A stretch of 63,034 bases of DNA, counting the filler, from Folioceros fuciformis (Eukaryota), in assembly GCA_049999805.1 (NCBI GenBank). It is 8 parts of 8 records of this genome, joined end to end, with 100 filler letters (N's around TTAATTAATTAA, not from the genome) between each part and the next. Parts side by side here need not be neighbours in the genome. Positions count along the whole stretch, not along the records: positions 1 to 18,166 come from JBNGIO010005856.1; 7 more parts are not named here. One strand, written 5' to 3'. A program made the position numbers and the translations under genes. The notes under the pieces were generated by a model that saw nothing but the letters and a program-made list of their open reading frames with translations, was not told the origin of the DNA and did no database searches. Positions within the stretch are counted from its first letter, which is position 1. The number at the start of each line of letters is the position of its first letter. Shown in pieces: positions 1-10,923 of this stretch.

Positions 1-390
1 TTAGGTGCTAAAGTTCTCAATCAGCTGCTGAGGTGGCTAGCATTTAGGGCTAAGAGCGGAGGCCAAGGCTAGGGCTGGGACCTCCTCTTAGTTGCTGAGG
101 CGGCTGATACTTGGAGCTGTAGGTGGGAGCTGAAGATGATGCTGGAGTTCTCATTCAGCTGGAGCTGTGGTTGGCGTTGAAGACAGGGCTAAGGATTCTG
201 ATTTTTTTTGCTGTAGTGAGGCTAGGGCTAGGAGCCGGTTGATAGATAGGGTTAGATTAGGGCAGTGTGGGAAGATTGTAGAAAACCTTGACACTAGTTC
301 ACTCCCTTGGGAGCGAATCATAGTACTGCAACAATAATAAGGGGATGTGTGGTCCTTTGGTGGTTATTGGGTGCAAGAAATCACTCCACA
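1..390 (+). mobile_element. 3' end of an Athila-like gypsy LTR (same family as 10924-15221), truncated by the window start
   Basis: Colinear with 14841-15221 in the same orientation and ends in the same ...CACTCCACA terminus; visibly more diverged than the 721-1669 copy. Confidence 0.85.
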
Positions 391-1669
391 CCTCCCGCAG
401 CTGAAAGTTAAGGGTCTTGTTCTAACGTGATTGATTCCCCCAAGATCTGCTGGTTGTTTGCCCCTCTCCTCCTCCTTGCCAGTGTATGCCCTGGCTGTGC
501 CCTCCTTAGCTCCCTGTCCACTGCCCTTTGCTCACGCTCCAATGCTTGTTGCTGCCTCCTTACTTGAGCTTGAGCCCCCCCTTCATAGCTGGAGTTGAAA
601 TCTTCAACCCCTGTGCGGGGCATCCATCAGCCCTGCCACATTCCCTTGTACAGGCCCCTATCCAAGTCAATTCCCTCTAAACCTTGACAGCAATGTCACT
701 CCCCCGCAACGACACCAAAATGTGGAGTGGAACTTGCACCAAAGAACCACCAAGGGCCACACTTCCCCCTTATTATCATCGTAGTACTAGGATTCGCTCC
801 CAAGGGAGTGAACCAGTGTCAAGATTTCCTACAATCTCCCCCACTCTGCCCTACTCTAATCCTATCTATCAGCCGGCTCCTAGACCTAACCACACTACAG
901 CAAAAAGATTAGAACCCTGTCGTCAACACCAACTACAACCCTAGTTAAATGAGGACTCAGCATCCTCTTCAGCTCCCACTCCTAGCTCCGGGTATTAGCC
1001 GCCTCAGCAGCTGAGAGGAGGTTCCAGCCCTGGCCTCAACCTCCACTCTCAGCCCTAAATGCCAGCGACCTCAGCAGCTGATTGAGAACTTCAACACCTA
1101 AGCTCCTCACCTCAGCACAGCAACTCTCTACTCCAGCACTTCAAGTCTCTACTCTAGCACTTCTCCAGCACTTCAAACCTCTATTCCAGCACTCCAACTC
1201 TTCAATCCTTCACCATCACGTCTCACTCTTGGATTTTGAAACACAGTAGCCCCTCACTTGTAGTCCTTGAGGCAGGGATGTGCAGACCAGGCTAGATAGC
1301 CTCCTCGGCTCACAGCCCTGCCATCCGTTGCCTTGGAGACGTCAACGTACCCAACCACCCAACCAGCATGCAAGAAAGGTCAGCCCCTGCGGATCTGGCC
1401 ACCCAGATCTCGGCGATTTTGGGAGCCACCACGTTCCCCTAGTGGCATGGGGAATTAAGGCCGAGGCACATCTACACACTGGGTTAAACCTCTAACCCAA
1501 CAGCCTGCACACAAGGTCAAGGGAGCTCTCACCAAAAAAAAGCCTCTCCCCTCAATGAGTGGCCTGGCCTCTTATACCCACTTGGCCAAGAACCCCTGTC
1601 ACTACCTAACCAGGTCAGCGCGCCTCAGACAGAACCCTCCACTCATCAAAACCCTAAACCTAACTCCGA
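391..1669 (-). mobile_element. Athila-like element fragment: partial 5' LTR (721-1669), PBS and leader/possible gag start
   Basis: 721-1669 is the reverse complement of ~14259-15221. The LTR end at 721 is followed on the minus strand by TTT plus a tRNA-Asp-type PBS. The short ORF 408-623 may be the gag N-terminus. Confidence 0.85.
700..717 (-). promoter_or_regulatory. Primer-binding site (tRNA-Asp type)
   Basis: Minus strand TGGTGTCGTTGCGGGGGA, 15/18 match to the Athila PBS TGGCGCCGTTGCCGGGGA, immediately after the LTR end. Confidence 0.8.
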
Positions 1670-1826
1670 CATATAAAGATAGTCGAAGGATCGAGAGAGA
1701 GAGAGAGATTAGAACATGAGAGGAAGAATTATTTATTGGCCGTGACCTTGGCCTCTTAAGGCGTGCTCGTGCCTGTTCACGAAACGAGGAATGTGGCGGT
1801 TAGTCTAAAGTCACGACTGTATGAAA

Positions 1827-2119
1827 TGTTGAGTTATCGAGCTCTATATGAGCTAAACTCATGTGGTGTTAGTTATACCAGTTGGGTTCATACTAGACTA
1901 GTTCTAGTTATTAGTGAACTTAGGATAGTGTAGATTATCCCATATTGAACCTGGAAGTTGTGTAGCCCTAAATGTACTACTTAAATGGAGACCTCGGACC
2001 TCCATAGTAAGACAGTGGTGATGTGTATTGTTTTTTTGGTTGTGATCACCAATACCACCCTCTCTTCTCTCCTCTCCTCTCCTACACTTGCACGTAGATT
2101 GGAGTCGATCCTATTGACA
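1827..2119 (+). repeat. copia-A 5' LTR
   Basis: Direct repeat of 6991-7283, TGTTGAG...TTGACA. Confidence 0.95.
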
Positions 2120-2682
2120 TAGTATTAGAGCCCGGTGCAGGCGGTGCAAGATCGGCGTAGGAGGTGCTGCAAGAGGCAGCAAGAGTGCACACCAGAAGCT
2201 AGAGCAGCTACGAGAAGTTGGAGCAGCTTGGAGGGAGATCGGCAGCAAGCGTCCCGGCAGCTAACTCTCATATCGGTGTGTGCAGGAAGTGAGGAGAAGG
2301 GCGACAAGGCCCTGTCAGCTTACTGGACTAGCTGTTGATCCCCAGAGCTCTGTGGAAGGGCTGACAAGTGGAGGCAACAGCTGCAATAGCCTCAGCAGCT
2401 GCAAGAAAGTGTGCTAACCCTAGCTTGGCAGCAGGGAAGGAATTGACAGGAAATCTCACGGGAGCTTTGTGGGCAGACAGTCAAGAGTCTGTAAGGACAC
2501 GGAGCATGAGACAATCTGGTTCACGCAAGGCAGCGTGATTCCGCACCAGATTGCTCTTAGGAAGAAGAGACTTAAGGTCTTGTGAGTAAAACTCCAGTCA
2601 GAAGCAGTCTGGTTCTTTCAGACATTTATCAAGTGTGAGTACTCAAAAAAGGATTGAGTGTCAACCTTGAGTGGTGGCAAGA

Positions 2683-5600
2683 ATGGCCAGTGACAGTATT
2701 AACCAGATCGTACAGGAGAAGCTGGACAAAAACAACTTCCATGCCTGGAAGTTTCGTTTTACAAACTTTCTTATGGGAAAGGGTTATTGGGACTACATTG
2801 AGGGGGAGCATGAAAAACCCCCTGTAGTACTTGAACGGAATGCAACAGCGGAGCAGATTAAGGCGCTGAAGGATTGGAGTCAAGGATCTCGGAAGGTCAT
2901 GTATTGGCTGTCAATCAGCATTCATGACACCATGATTGGGCACATACAGGATGCAGAGTCGCCCAAAGAAGCATGGGATGAGTTGGTAAAACTCTATGAG
3001 ACTAACACGAAGGCGAGAAAACTGCAGTTGAAGAATGACTTCAACACAGTTATGAAGAAGAACTTATCAATCAATGAGTACGCGTTAAAGATCAAAGGGA
3101 TAGTGGAATCCCTTGCGTCCATTGGTGTCAGTGTGGAAGATGATGACAAGGTCGAAGTTTGCTTGCGCGGGTTAACACCTGCCTACAAGTAGTTCAAGAC
3201 TTCCATACAGACTCGGGAAAACATTCCCAATTTCTCAGACCTGATTTCTATGTTGATCATAGAGGAGAAAAACCTAGGCGAGGAATCATCCTCTAAGCCT
3301 AAGGAAAACTCTGAGCAGGCCTTCTACTCTGGCAGAGGCAGAGGTAGAGCCCAAGGTGGCAGAGGGCAAAGAGGTGGTAGAGGTCGGAATCCCTACCAAA
3401 ATCAACAACAGAATCAGGAGTCCCAGTACAAGAGTACACGTGGAAGAGGAGAAAATTCTCGAGGTTGGGGGAGTCAAAGAGGACGTGGAAATCAACAACA
3501 AAATGATACAAATGCAGACAATAATGGTTGCTGGACTTGTGGTAGGTTAGACCACTTCGAAAGAGACTGTCCAAGGAGAAATCAAGGCAACAGGAGGCAG
3601 CAGAACAATTATGCCTCTAGCAGCAATCAGAATGACTCAGAAAACTTGTTTGTCATGCAGCATATGCTTAACTCTGTGTCTGCTAATGGATCCAACAATG
3701 GTGAGATTGTGTGGTATGTGGACTCAGGAGCTTCGAACCACATGACATGCTATGGGGAGTGGTTCAAAGAAATGCAAGTGCTTGACAAACCTGGATATGT
3801 AGAAACTGGAGATGACACAACACATGCAATTGTGCATACAGGAACTGTACCTCTGAAGATGCAGGATGGCAAAGTGAAGTGCCTGGTAGATGTTCTTCAC
3901 GTACCCAACATCACAAAGAACTTGGTGTCAGTTGGGCAGATGGTTGAGCAAGGACTGCAGGTTAGATTTACACCTGCAGGACTCTTTGTTGAAGAGTGCA
4001 AGAAAGGCGGTCGCCTGATTGCTCAAGGACAGAAGGTTGGACGGATGTTCACCTTGAACGTGGAGGTTCCTAAGCTGAAGTCAGCCATGTTTGCGAAGGG
4101 TACAAGGGTAGTGACAGACCTAGAGATGTGGCACAAACGCATTGGACATGTAAATGTGCAGAAGTTGAAGTCCATGCAGCATCAGAAGGTTGTCACAGGC
4201 ATACCCAAGCTTACAGAAAATGGACTGCAAGGTATATGTGAAGCATGTCAACTTGGGAAACAGCCTAGGAATGCGTTCCCCCATGACAAACATGTCAGCA
4301 GATATGTGTTGGATGTTGTGCATTCATATGTATGGGGTCCTACACAGACTGCATCAATCGGAGGCTGCAAGTACTATGTGACCTTCATTGACGACCACAC
4401 AAGGAAGGTGTGGGTCTATTTCATGAAAGAAAAAAGTGAAGTGATCACTCATTTTCATACTTTCAAGGCGATGGTTGAGAAGCAGACAGGTAGGCACATC
4501 AAATGCCTAAGATCTGATGGAGGGGGAGAGTACTTCTCCGGAGAGTTCAGCAAATTCTTATCAGAACAGGGCATTCAACGGCAGTACTCATGTCGTTATA
4601 CGCCACAACAAAATGGAGTTGCAGAGCGCAAGAACAAGCACATAGCAGAAGTGGCGAGAGCCTTGATGACAGAGAAGAAGATGCCTCACTACTATTGGGC
4701 TGAAGCTGTAAGCACAGCAGTGTACATCATGAACAGAACTCCCACAGCAGCGGTGCACAGTGTAACACCGGAGGAGAAGTTCACAGGGAAGAAACTTGAC
4801 TTGTCACACTTAAAGGTATTTGGTTGCATTGCTTATGTCCATATTCCGGATGAGTTGTGGACTAAGCTTGATCCAAAAGCAGAAAAGTGTGTCTTCATTG
4901 GGTATTCTGTTACACAAAAAGGATACAGGTGCTACAATCCCAGTACACGGACTATGAGAGTAAGCAGAGACGTAGTCTTTGATGAAATGGGTAGCTGGTA
5001 CTTTGAAGTACAAGGAAGTAGTGTAGCTGATGTGCTTGAAACTGAGGTAACAAGCAATGCAGGTCAACAATCACAAGTGTTGAGTGGACCGCAAGCGTCA
5101 TCAAACTCGACAAATGTTCAGAATCCATGGAGTGGCAGGTTGCGAGGTAGTGTGAGCCCTACGAGCTCCACAGCTGTGTCTCGCAAAGGGAAGGAAAAAG
5201 TCCAGGATTCAAAGATACCAGACCTAAGTGCAGGTGCGGATGATTCAAGCGACTATGAGCAGAGCTTGGATGAGGAATTCGGTGTACCGAAAATCGAAAC
5301 ACCTGGTGCAAAAGAGGTTCAATCAGCCCCTGGAAGTGGTTCAATCCCACGGAGATCTGGAAGGCAGAAGGTTCCAATACAGCGGTTGACCTATGATAGC
5401 TATGTAGCTAGGCACCATGCCTATATGGCAAAGGTTGTACAGGATGTGGAACCAAGAAGCTTTGAAGAAGCTATTGGAGACACAAAGTGGGAACATGCTA
5501 TGGATGAAGAAATGAATGCGTTAAATCAGAATGCAACATGAGACCTAGTACAACTACCTGAAGGCAAGAAACCAATAGGTTGCAAATAGGTGTACAAGGT

Positions 5601-6977
5601 CAAACACAACGCAGATGGTAGTATCAACAGGTACAAGGCAAGGCTTGTGGCCAAGGGATATGCCCAGACATATGGAATAGATTTTGAGGAGACGTTCAGT
5701 CCAGTTGCCAAAATGGCAACAATTCGAACCGTGATCGCACTAGCGGCATCGAAAGGTTGGGTCCTACATCATATGGATGTGAAGAATGCGTTTTTACATG
5801 GAGAATTGCTGGAAGAAGTATACATGGACCAGCCACCAGGTTATGAGGATTTGGATCATCCAAATCATGTGTGCAAGCTGAAAAAAACGTTGTACGGACT
5901 GAAGCAAGCCCCGAGGGCTTGGCATGAGCGTCTTGCTCAGCATCTGATTCACATCGGATTCAACATGGCAGATGCGGATCATTCGTTGTATGTGTGCAAA
6001 AGTACAAAACGACTGGTCTTTGTGACCATTTATGTGGATGATCTAATCATTGGAGGTAATCAGTTGGATCAAGTGGAGCAGATCAAGGAACTTCTACAAC
6101 AAGAGTTCAAGATGGCGGACCTAGGTGAACTGAGGTTCTTTTTGGGCATTGAAATTATACGAACCAACACAGGCATTTGGCTGTCACAGCGGAAGTATGC
6201 GTCGGATGTACTAACTAAGTATGGTATGGTTGAGTGCAAGCCAATCTCGATTCCTTTGGATCAAAATCTAAAGCTCAGTGCTCATGATGGTGAAGCACTT
6301 GAAGATCCAACAATGTACAGGAAGATTGTGGGTAGCTTGATATATCTCACTCTATCCCGACCAGATTTGAACTATACAGTGGGATTGCAAAGTCAGTTTA
6401 TGCAGGCGCCAAGAAAGCCACATTTGGATGCAGTAAGGCAAACGTTGCGCTATGTGAAGGCAACTATGGATCATGCTCTCTTTTATGTTGCAGATTAGAA
6501 ATAAACCTGTGTGGGTACACAGATGCAGATTGGGCAGGCAGTGTTACTGATCGTAGATCTACAAGTGGATTCATTTTTTCACTTGGGAGTGCAGCAATTA
6601 CATGGAGTAGCAAGAAGCAGCCTACAGTGGCTTTGTCTAGTACAGAAGCTGAATACAGAGGCGCAGCAATGGCAGCGTGTGAAGTGACTTGGATTTGTAA
6701 GTTACTCGGAGATTTTGGATTGCAGGTCAACGACAAGGTTGTTATCTACTGTGACCATCTTAGCAGCATACAGTTGGCGCAAAACCCAGTGTTTCATGCC
6801 AGGACAAAACACATTGAAATACATTATCATTTTCTTCGCGAAAGGATTTTATCTGGAGCTATTGATCTTGTGTATGTCAACACAGACGAGCAGATAGCCG
6901 ATATATTTACTAAGCCAATGGGAGCAGAGAAGCTGAAGAAATTCCGAGCTATGTTAGGCGTACAGATGCTATGTTGA
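2683..6977 (+). pseudogene. copia-A gag-pol polyprotein, disrupted
   Basis: UBN2-type gag, CCHC knuckle CWTCGRLDHFERDC, protease VDSGAS, WHKRIGH/CEAC, integrase core, RT YVDD, RNase H. Stops at 3190, 5539 and 5587, a frameshift near 6495, and an integrase D->Y change (HSYVWGP). Confidence 0.95.
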
Positions 6978-6990
6978 GCTCGAGGGGGAG

Positions 6991-7283
6991 TGTTGAGTTA
7001 TCGAGCTCTATATGAGCTAAACTCATGTGGTGTTAGTTATCCCAGTTGGGTTCATACTAGACTAGTTCTAGTTATTAGTGAACTTAGGATAGTGTAGATT
7101 ATCCCATATTGAACCTGGAAGTTGTGTAGCCCTAAATGTACTACTTAAATGGAGACCTCGGACCTTCATAGCAAGACAGTGGTGATGTGTATTGTTTTCA
7201 TGGTTGTGATCACCAATACCACCCTCTCTTCTCTCCTTTCCTCTCCTACACTTGCACGTAGATTGGAGTCGATCCTATTGACA
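6991..7283 (+). repeat. copia-A 3' LTR
   Basis: Direct repeat of 1827-2119, preceded by the PPT. Confidence 0.95.
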
Positions 7284-10200
7284 GGGAATGGTCCCTATGG
7301 TCGTGGTTACCCCTCTCAGCTCCCCCACTGGCTGCATTCTAGACATATCGGCCAACCTCAAGACCTTGGTTGTGTGCTCGATCTCCAATCCGAGTTTCTT
7401 GGCAGTATCCTCCGTCATGGGGGTTCACGTGCCAAGGAGGGTGTGAAAGAAGGGGAGCTGATGGAAGGGGGCTGTGACCCAAGGGCTGATGGGCCTGGTG
7501 GTGATGATCCGGGGGTCACAAGGCTCACCTCCGAGGACCTATTCAGAGAATGAGGAATGAGGGAGGAAGATCCCCGGGAGTCGGAGGAGGGGTTTGGAGT
7601 CAGCTCAGCACCGGTGGAGCGTGAATGGGTGCAAGCTGATGAAATCAAGGATGTGGAGGTACTACCGGGCAAGGTGTTGAAGTTTGCAAAACAGTTGGAT
7701 GCCACATTGGAGGAGGGGATGAAGCAACTCTTGGCTGAGTTCATCGATGTGTTTGCCTTTGAGGTGACGGACATGAAGGGAATTCCCAAAGAATGGGGGG
7801 AGCACAAGATTGACTTGGAACCAGGAGCTGTCCCCGTCCGAATTCCACAATACAAGCTGAATCCAAAGTACTCCATGAAGGTAAAGGAACAGTTGGAGCA
7901 GTACTTGAAGGCAGATGTGATTTTTCCCATTGTGAATTCAGAGTGGGTGGCCCCAATCGTGGTGGTGCCCAAGAAACAGCCTGGTAAGATTCGGGTGTGC
8001 CAGGACTGGAGGAGGCTGAAAAAGGCCACCAAGAAGGATCATTTCCCCTTACCATTCATTGACAACATCCTGGATTTGGTGGCTGGCCGCATGATGTACT
8101 CCTTTTTGGATGGCTACTCCGGTTACAATCACCTGTCCCTAAGGGAGAGTGATTGGCCATTGACAGCCTTCACAACTGATTGGGGAACATTTGCCTACAA
8201 GAGGAGTGCATTTGGGCTGACAGGAGCACTAGGGTCCTTTATGCGCAGCATGTACAAGATCTTCAAGGATTTCCTCCACAACTTCCTAGAGGTGTTCATA
8301 GATGACTTTTGCGTGTCTAGAGGAGTGGAGCAACATATGGAGCACCTAAGGCTATGCTTGGCTAGGTGTTGTGAGACGCGATTTTGTTTGCATTCGGAGA
8401 AGTGCTATTTTGGCATGGCTAAAGGGATCTTGCTAGGTCACAGAATTTTAGCACGAGGCATTGAAGTGGACTCGGATAAGGTGAAGGTGATTGCTACTTT
8501 GAGGGCCCCAACCACACTTAAGGAGCTGCGTGGTTTCCTTGGAATGGTGGGTTACTATCGCCGTTTTGTGCCCAATTTTGCTAGACGGGCTGCTCCTTTG
8601 TGTTGAGATGTCACCCCCGCCATGCTCAAAGGAGGTTAAAACAAGTTAGTTGAAGCAAGATGCAGAATCCCAAAACTAAGGCTCTTAAACTCAAATGAAA
8701 AGGAGAATTACAAAAACAACACAATACAAGTGAAGAGGGAGTTAGACTACATATACTAAGTGGGTTCATCCCTTCTTTTATGGACCTATGGGTGGCACTC
8801 TCATTTCGTGCCCAATATGGGATAAATGACCCCAAACCCTACAATACTTTTTTTTGCCTAACATAGAAAAGTCTAATAAGCTATATATATATATTAATCA
8901 TAACCTTAATCACTCTTACCACTAATTAGTACAAACTCAATAAGCTGGATTAGCACTAATTAATCTCAACATTAATTATGCTTAACACTTTGACAGGCCT
9001 ATTGAGGAAGGAACAATCTTGGGAATGGACAGCGAAGAGGGAGGTTGCATTTCAGGACTTGAGGACCACTTTGGTGACAGCACCAACCCTCAAGGGGCCT
9101 GATTGGGACAGGAAATTCCACGTGTACGTGGATGTGTCAGCATTTGCCATTGGGACAGCCCTAAGCCAACGGGATGAGAAGTGGAGGGACTACCCAATCT
9201 ATTATGTTGGACGCCAACTCACGGAGGCTGAGCGCAAGTACACCACAACCGAGAGGGAGGCACTTGGCATGGTCTACTCTTGTCGTAAATTCTGCCACTA
9301 CCTCCTCTCCTATGAGTTTGTCTTCCATGTTGATCATTTTGCTCTCAAGCACTTGGTCAACAAGGCAGATCTATCGGGCCGGATAGCCCGCTAGATTTTG
9401 CTCCTATAGGAGTTCACATTCACCGTGGAAACAAGAGAAGGGCATGGACATGTGAATGCTGATTTCCTGTCAAGGCTGAAGACAGAGAAAGTAGTTCAGG
9501 ACCAAGAAGATGACTTTCTGGATGAGGCGTTTTCAGCAGAGCTAGTTGGGAAGGAAAGGGCCAAACCAAATGCTAAGTTGCCAAGAGATGGAGGTGTGGT
9601 GCCAAATGAGAAGGGGAGAAGAGGGGTCCACAAACCGTCTTACCAAGAGGTATCTAATTTTTTAGGCATGGGGGAATTTCCACCTCATCTCTCACGGCAG
9701 CAGCAACGGCTGTTCCTTTATTTCACGAGGCTGGTAGTTAAGCGTAAGGGCAAGCTGTATCGCACAGGAGCTGATGGAGTGGAGTGTTTGTGGGTCAACC
9801 ATGACCAAGTGGAGCAGGTTATCAGCTCCTTGCATGAGGGAGAGGCTGGAGGTCATTATGCAGCCCATGTGACCTGCAAAAAAATTCTGGCAGCAGGGTA
9901 TTGGTGGCCAACAATGCATGCTAATGCTGTGGAATTCATCAAGAGGTGTGATGCGTGCCAAAGGGTGGGGAAGCCTACTAGGACAACACAATGGCCATTG
10001 GTCCCCATCCTAGCCCTAGCACCATTTGAGAAGTGGGGGATTGACTTCGTGGGCCAATTCAACCCAGGTCCAAGGGGAGGCAAAACCAATACATCCTGGT
10101 GGCAACCGACTACTGCACACGCATGGTGGAGGCTCAAGCTTTGCCCGTGGACACAGCAAATATGGTGGCCAGATTTTTGTTTGAGTAGATCATCACGAGG

Positions 10201-10889
10201 TATGGATGCCCGTTGGAGCTGGTGAGTGATAGGGGGACTCACTTCGTCAATGAAGTGGTCAAGCACATGACTGAATATTTCAATATCAGTCATAGGAAGA
10301 CCACTCCCTACAACCCTAAGGCCAATGGACTCACGGAGAAGGCTAATGGGCGTTGTGCAAGATTCTCAGCAAACTCACCGTCACCTATGCTCATGACTGG
10401 GATAGGAAGCTCCATTTAGCCTTGTGGGCGTATAGGATTGCTGAGAAGGTTGCTACCCAGCAGACCCCCTATTACCTCACCTATGGACACTCACCGGTCA
10501 TGCCCATTGAATTTGAGGTACCCACCTTGAGAATGCAGGGGGGCAATCGATTGCCCGTGGAGGAGAGCCAACTGGAGAGGCTAACCAGTTTTGTGCAACA
10601 TGATGAGGATAGGGAACGGGCCTTGGCTGTTTTCCTTTATGTTCAGGAGAGGAGGAAGAAGTGGCACGACCAGAAGTTGTGTAAACAAGAGTATGTTGTG
10701 CCTGGAGATTTAGCCTTGTTATATGACAATAGGTACATGCACTTTCCAGGTAAGCTGCACTTGAGATGGATGGGACCTTACAGGGTGTTGGAGGTGTATG
10801 AGAATGGGTCCATTCAACTGCAGCACCTCAACGGCCCTAACTTGCCAACCAAGGTTAATGACTGGCGTGTGAAGAAGTATTATCAGTAG
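7284..10889 (+). pseudogene. Athila-like Ty3/gypsy pol (RT-RNase H-integrase), disrupted and 5'-truncated
   Basis: KATKKDHFPLPFID, FLDGYSGY, FIDD, RNase H YVDVS...YTTTERE, HHCC zinc finger, WGIDFVG core and GPY module; RT-RH-INT order; stops, frameshifts and a solo-LTR insertion. Confidence 0.92.
8601..8987. mobile_element. Solo LTR (387 bp) inserted in gypsy pol
   Basis: TGTTGAG...CTTAACA termini with a perfect CTTTG target-site duplication (8596-8600, 8988-8992). Removing it restores ...AAPL-TGLLRK. Confidence 0.9.
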
Positions 10890-10910
10890 TTGGCGAGGAT
10901 GCCAACAAAT

Positions 10911-10921
10911 GAGAAGGGGAG
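10911..10921 (+). promoter_or_regulatory. Polypurine tract of the Athila-like element
   Basis: GAGAAGGGGAG followed by TA and then the TGTGGAG LTR start. Confidence 0.8.
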
Positions 10922-10923
10922 TA

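Larger units (their letters stand above)
1827..7283 (+). mobile_element. Full-length Ty1/copia LTR retrotransposon (copia-A)
   Basis: 293-bp LTRs (1827-2119, 6991-7283; TG...CA; about 6 differences by eye), degenerate iMet PBS TAGTATTAGAGC at 2120-2131, PPT GAGGGGGAG at 6982-6990, gag-PR-INT-RT-RH order. Confidence 0.97.

Noticed and set aside
5521-5590. Programmed stop-codon readthrough in copia-A
   Set aside because: The second copy has TGG at both positions, so these stops are mutations.
6464-6736. Antisense ORFs over RT/RNase H (also 16850-17104, 45552-45797, 56599-56853)
   Set aside because: These are shadow ORFs of conserved copia codons and not independent genes.
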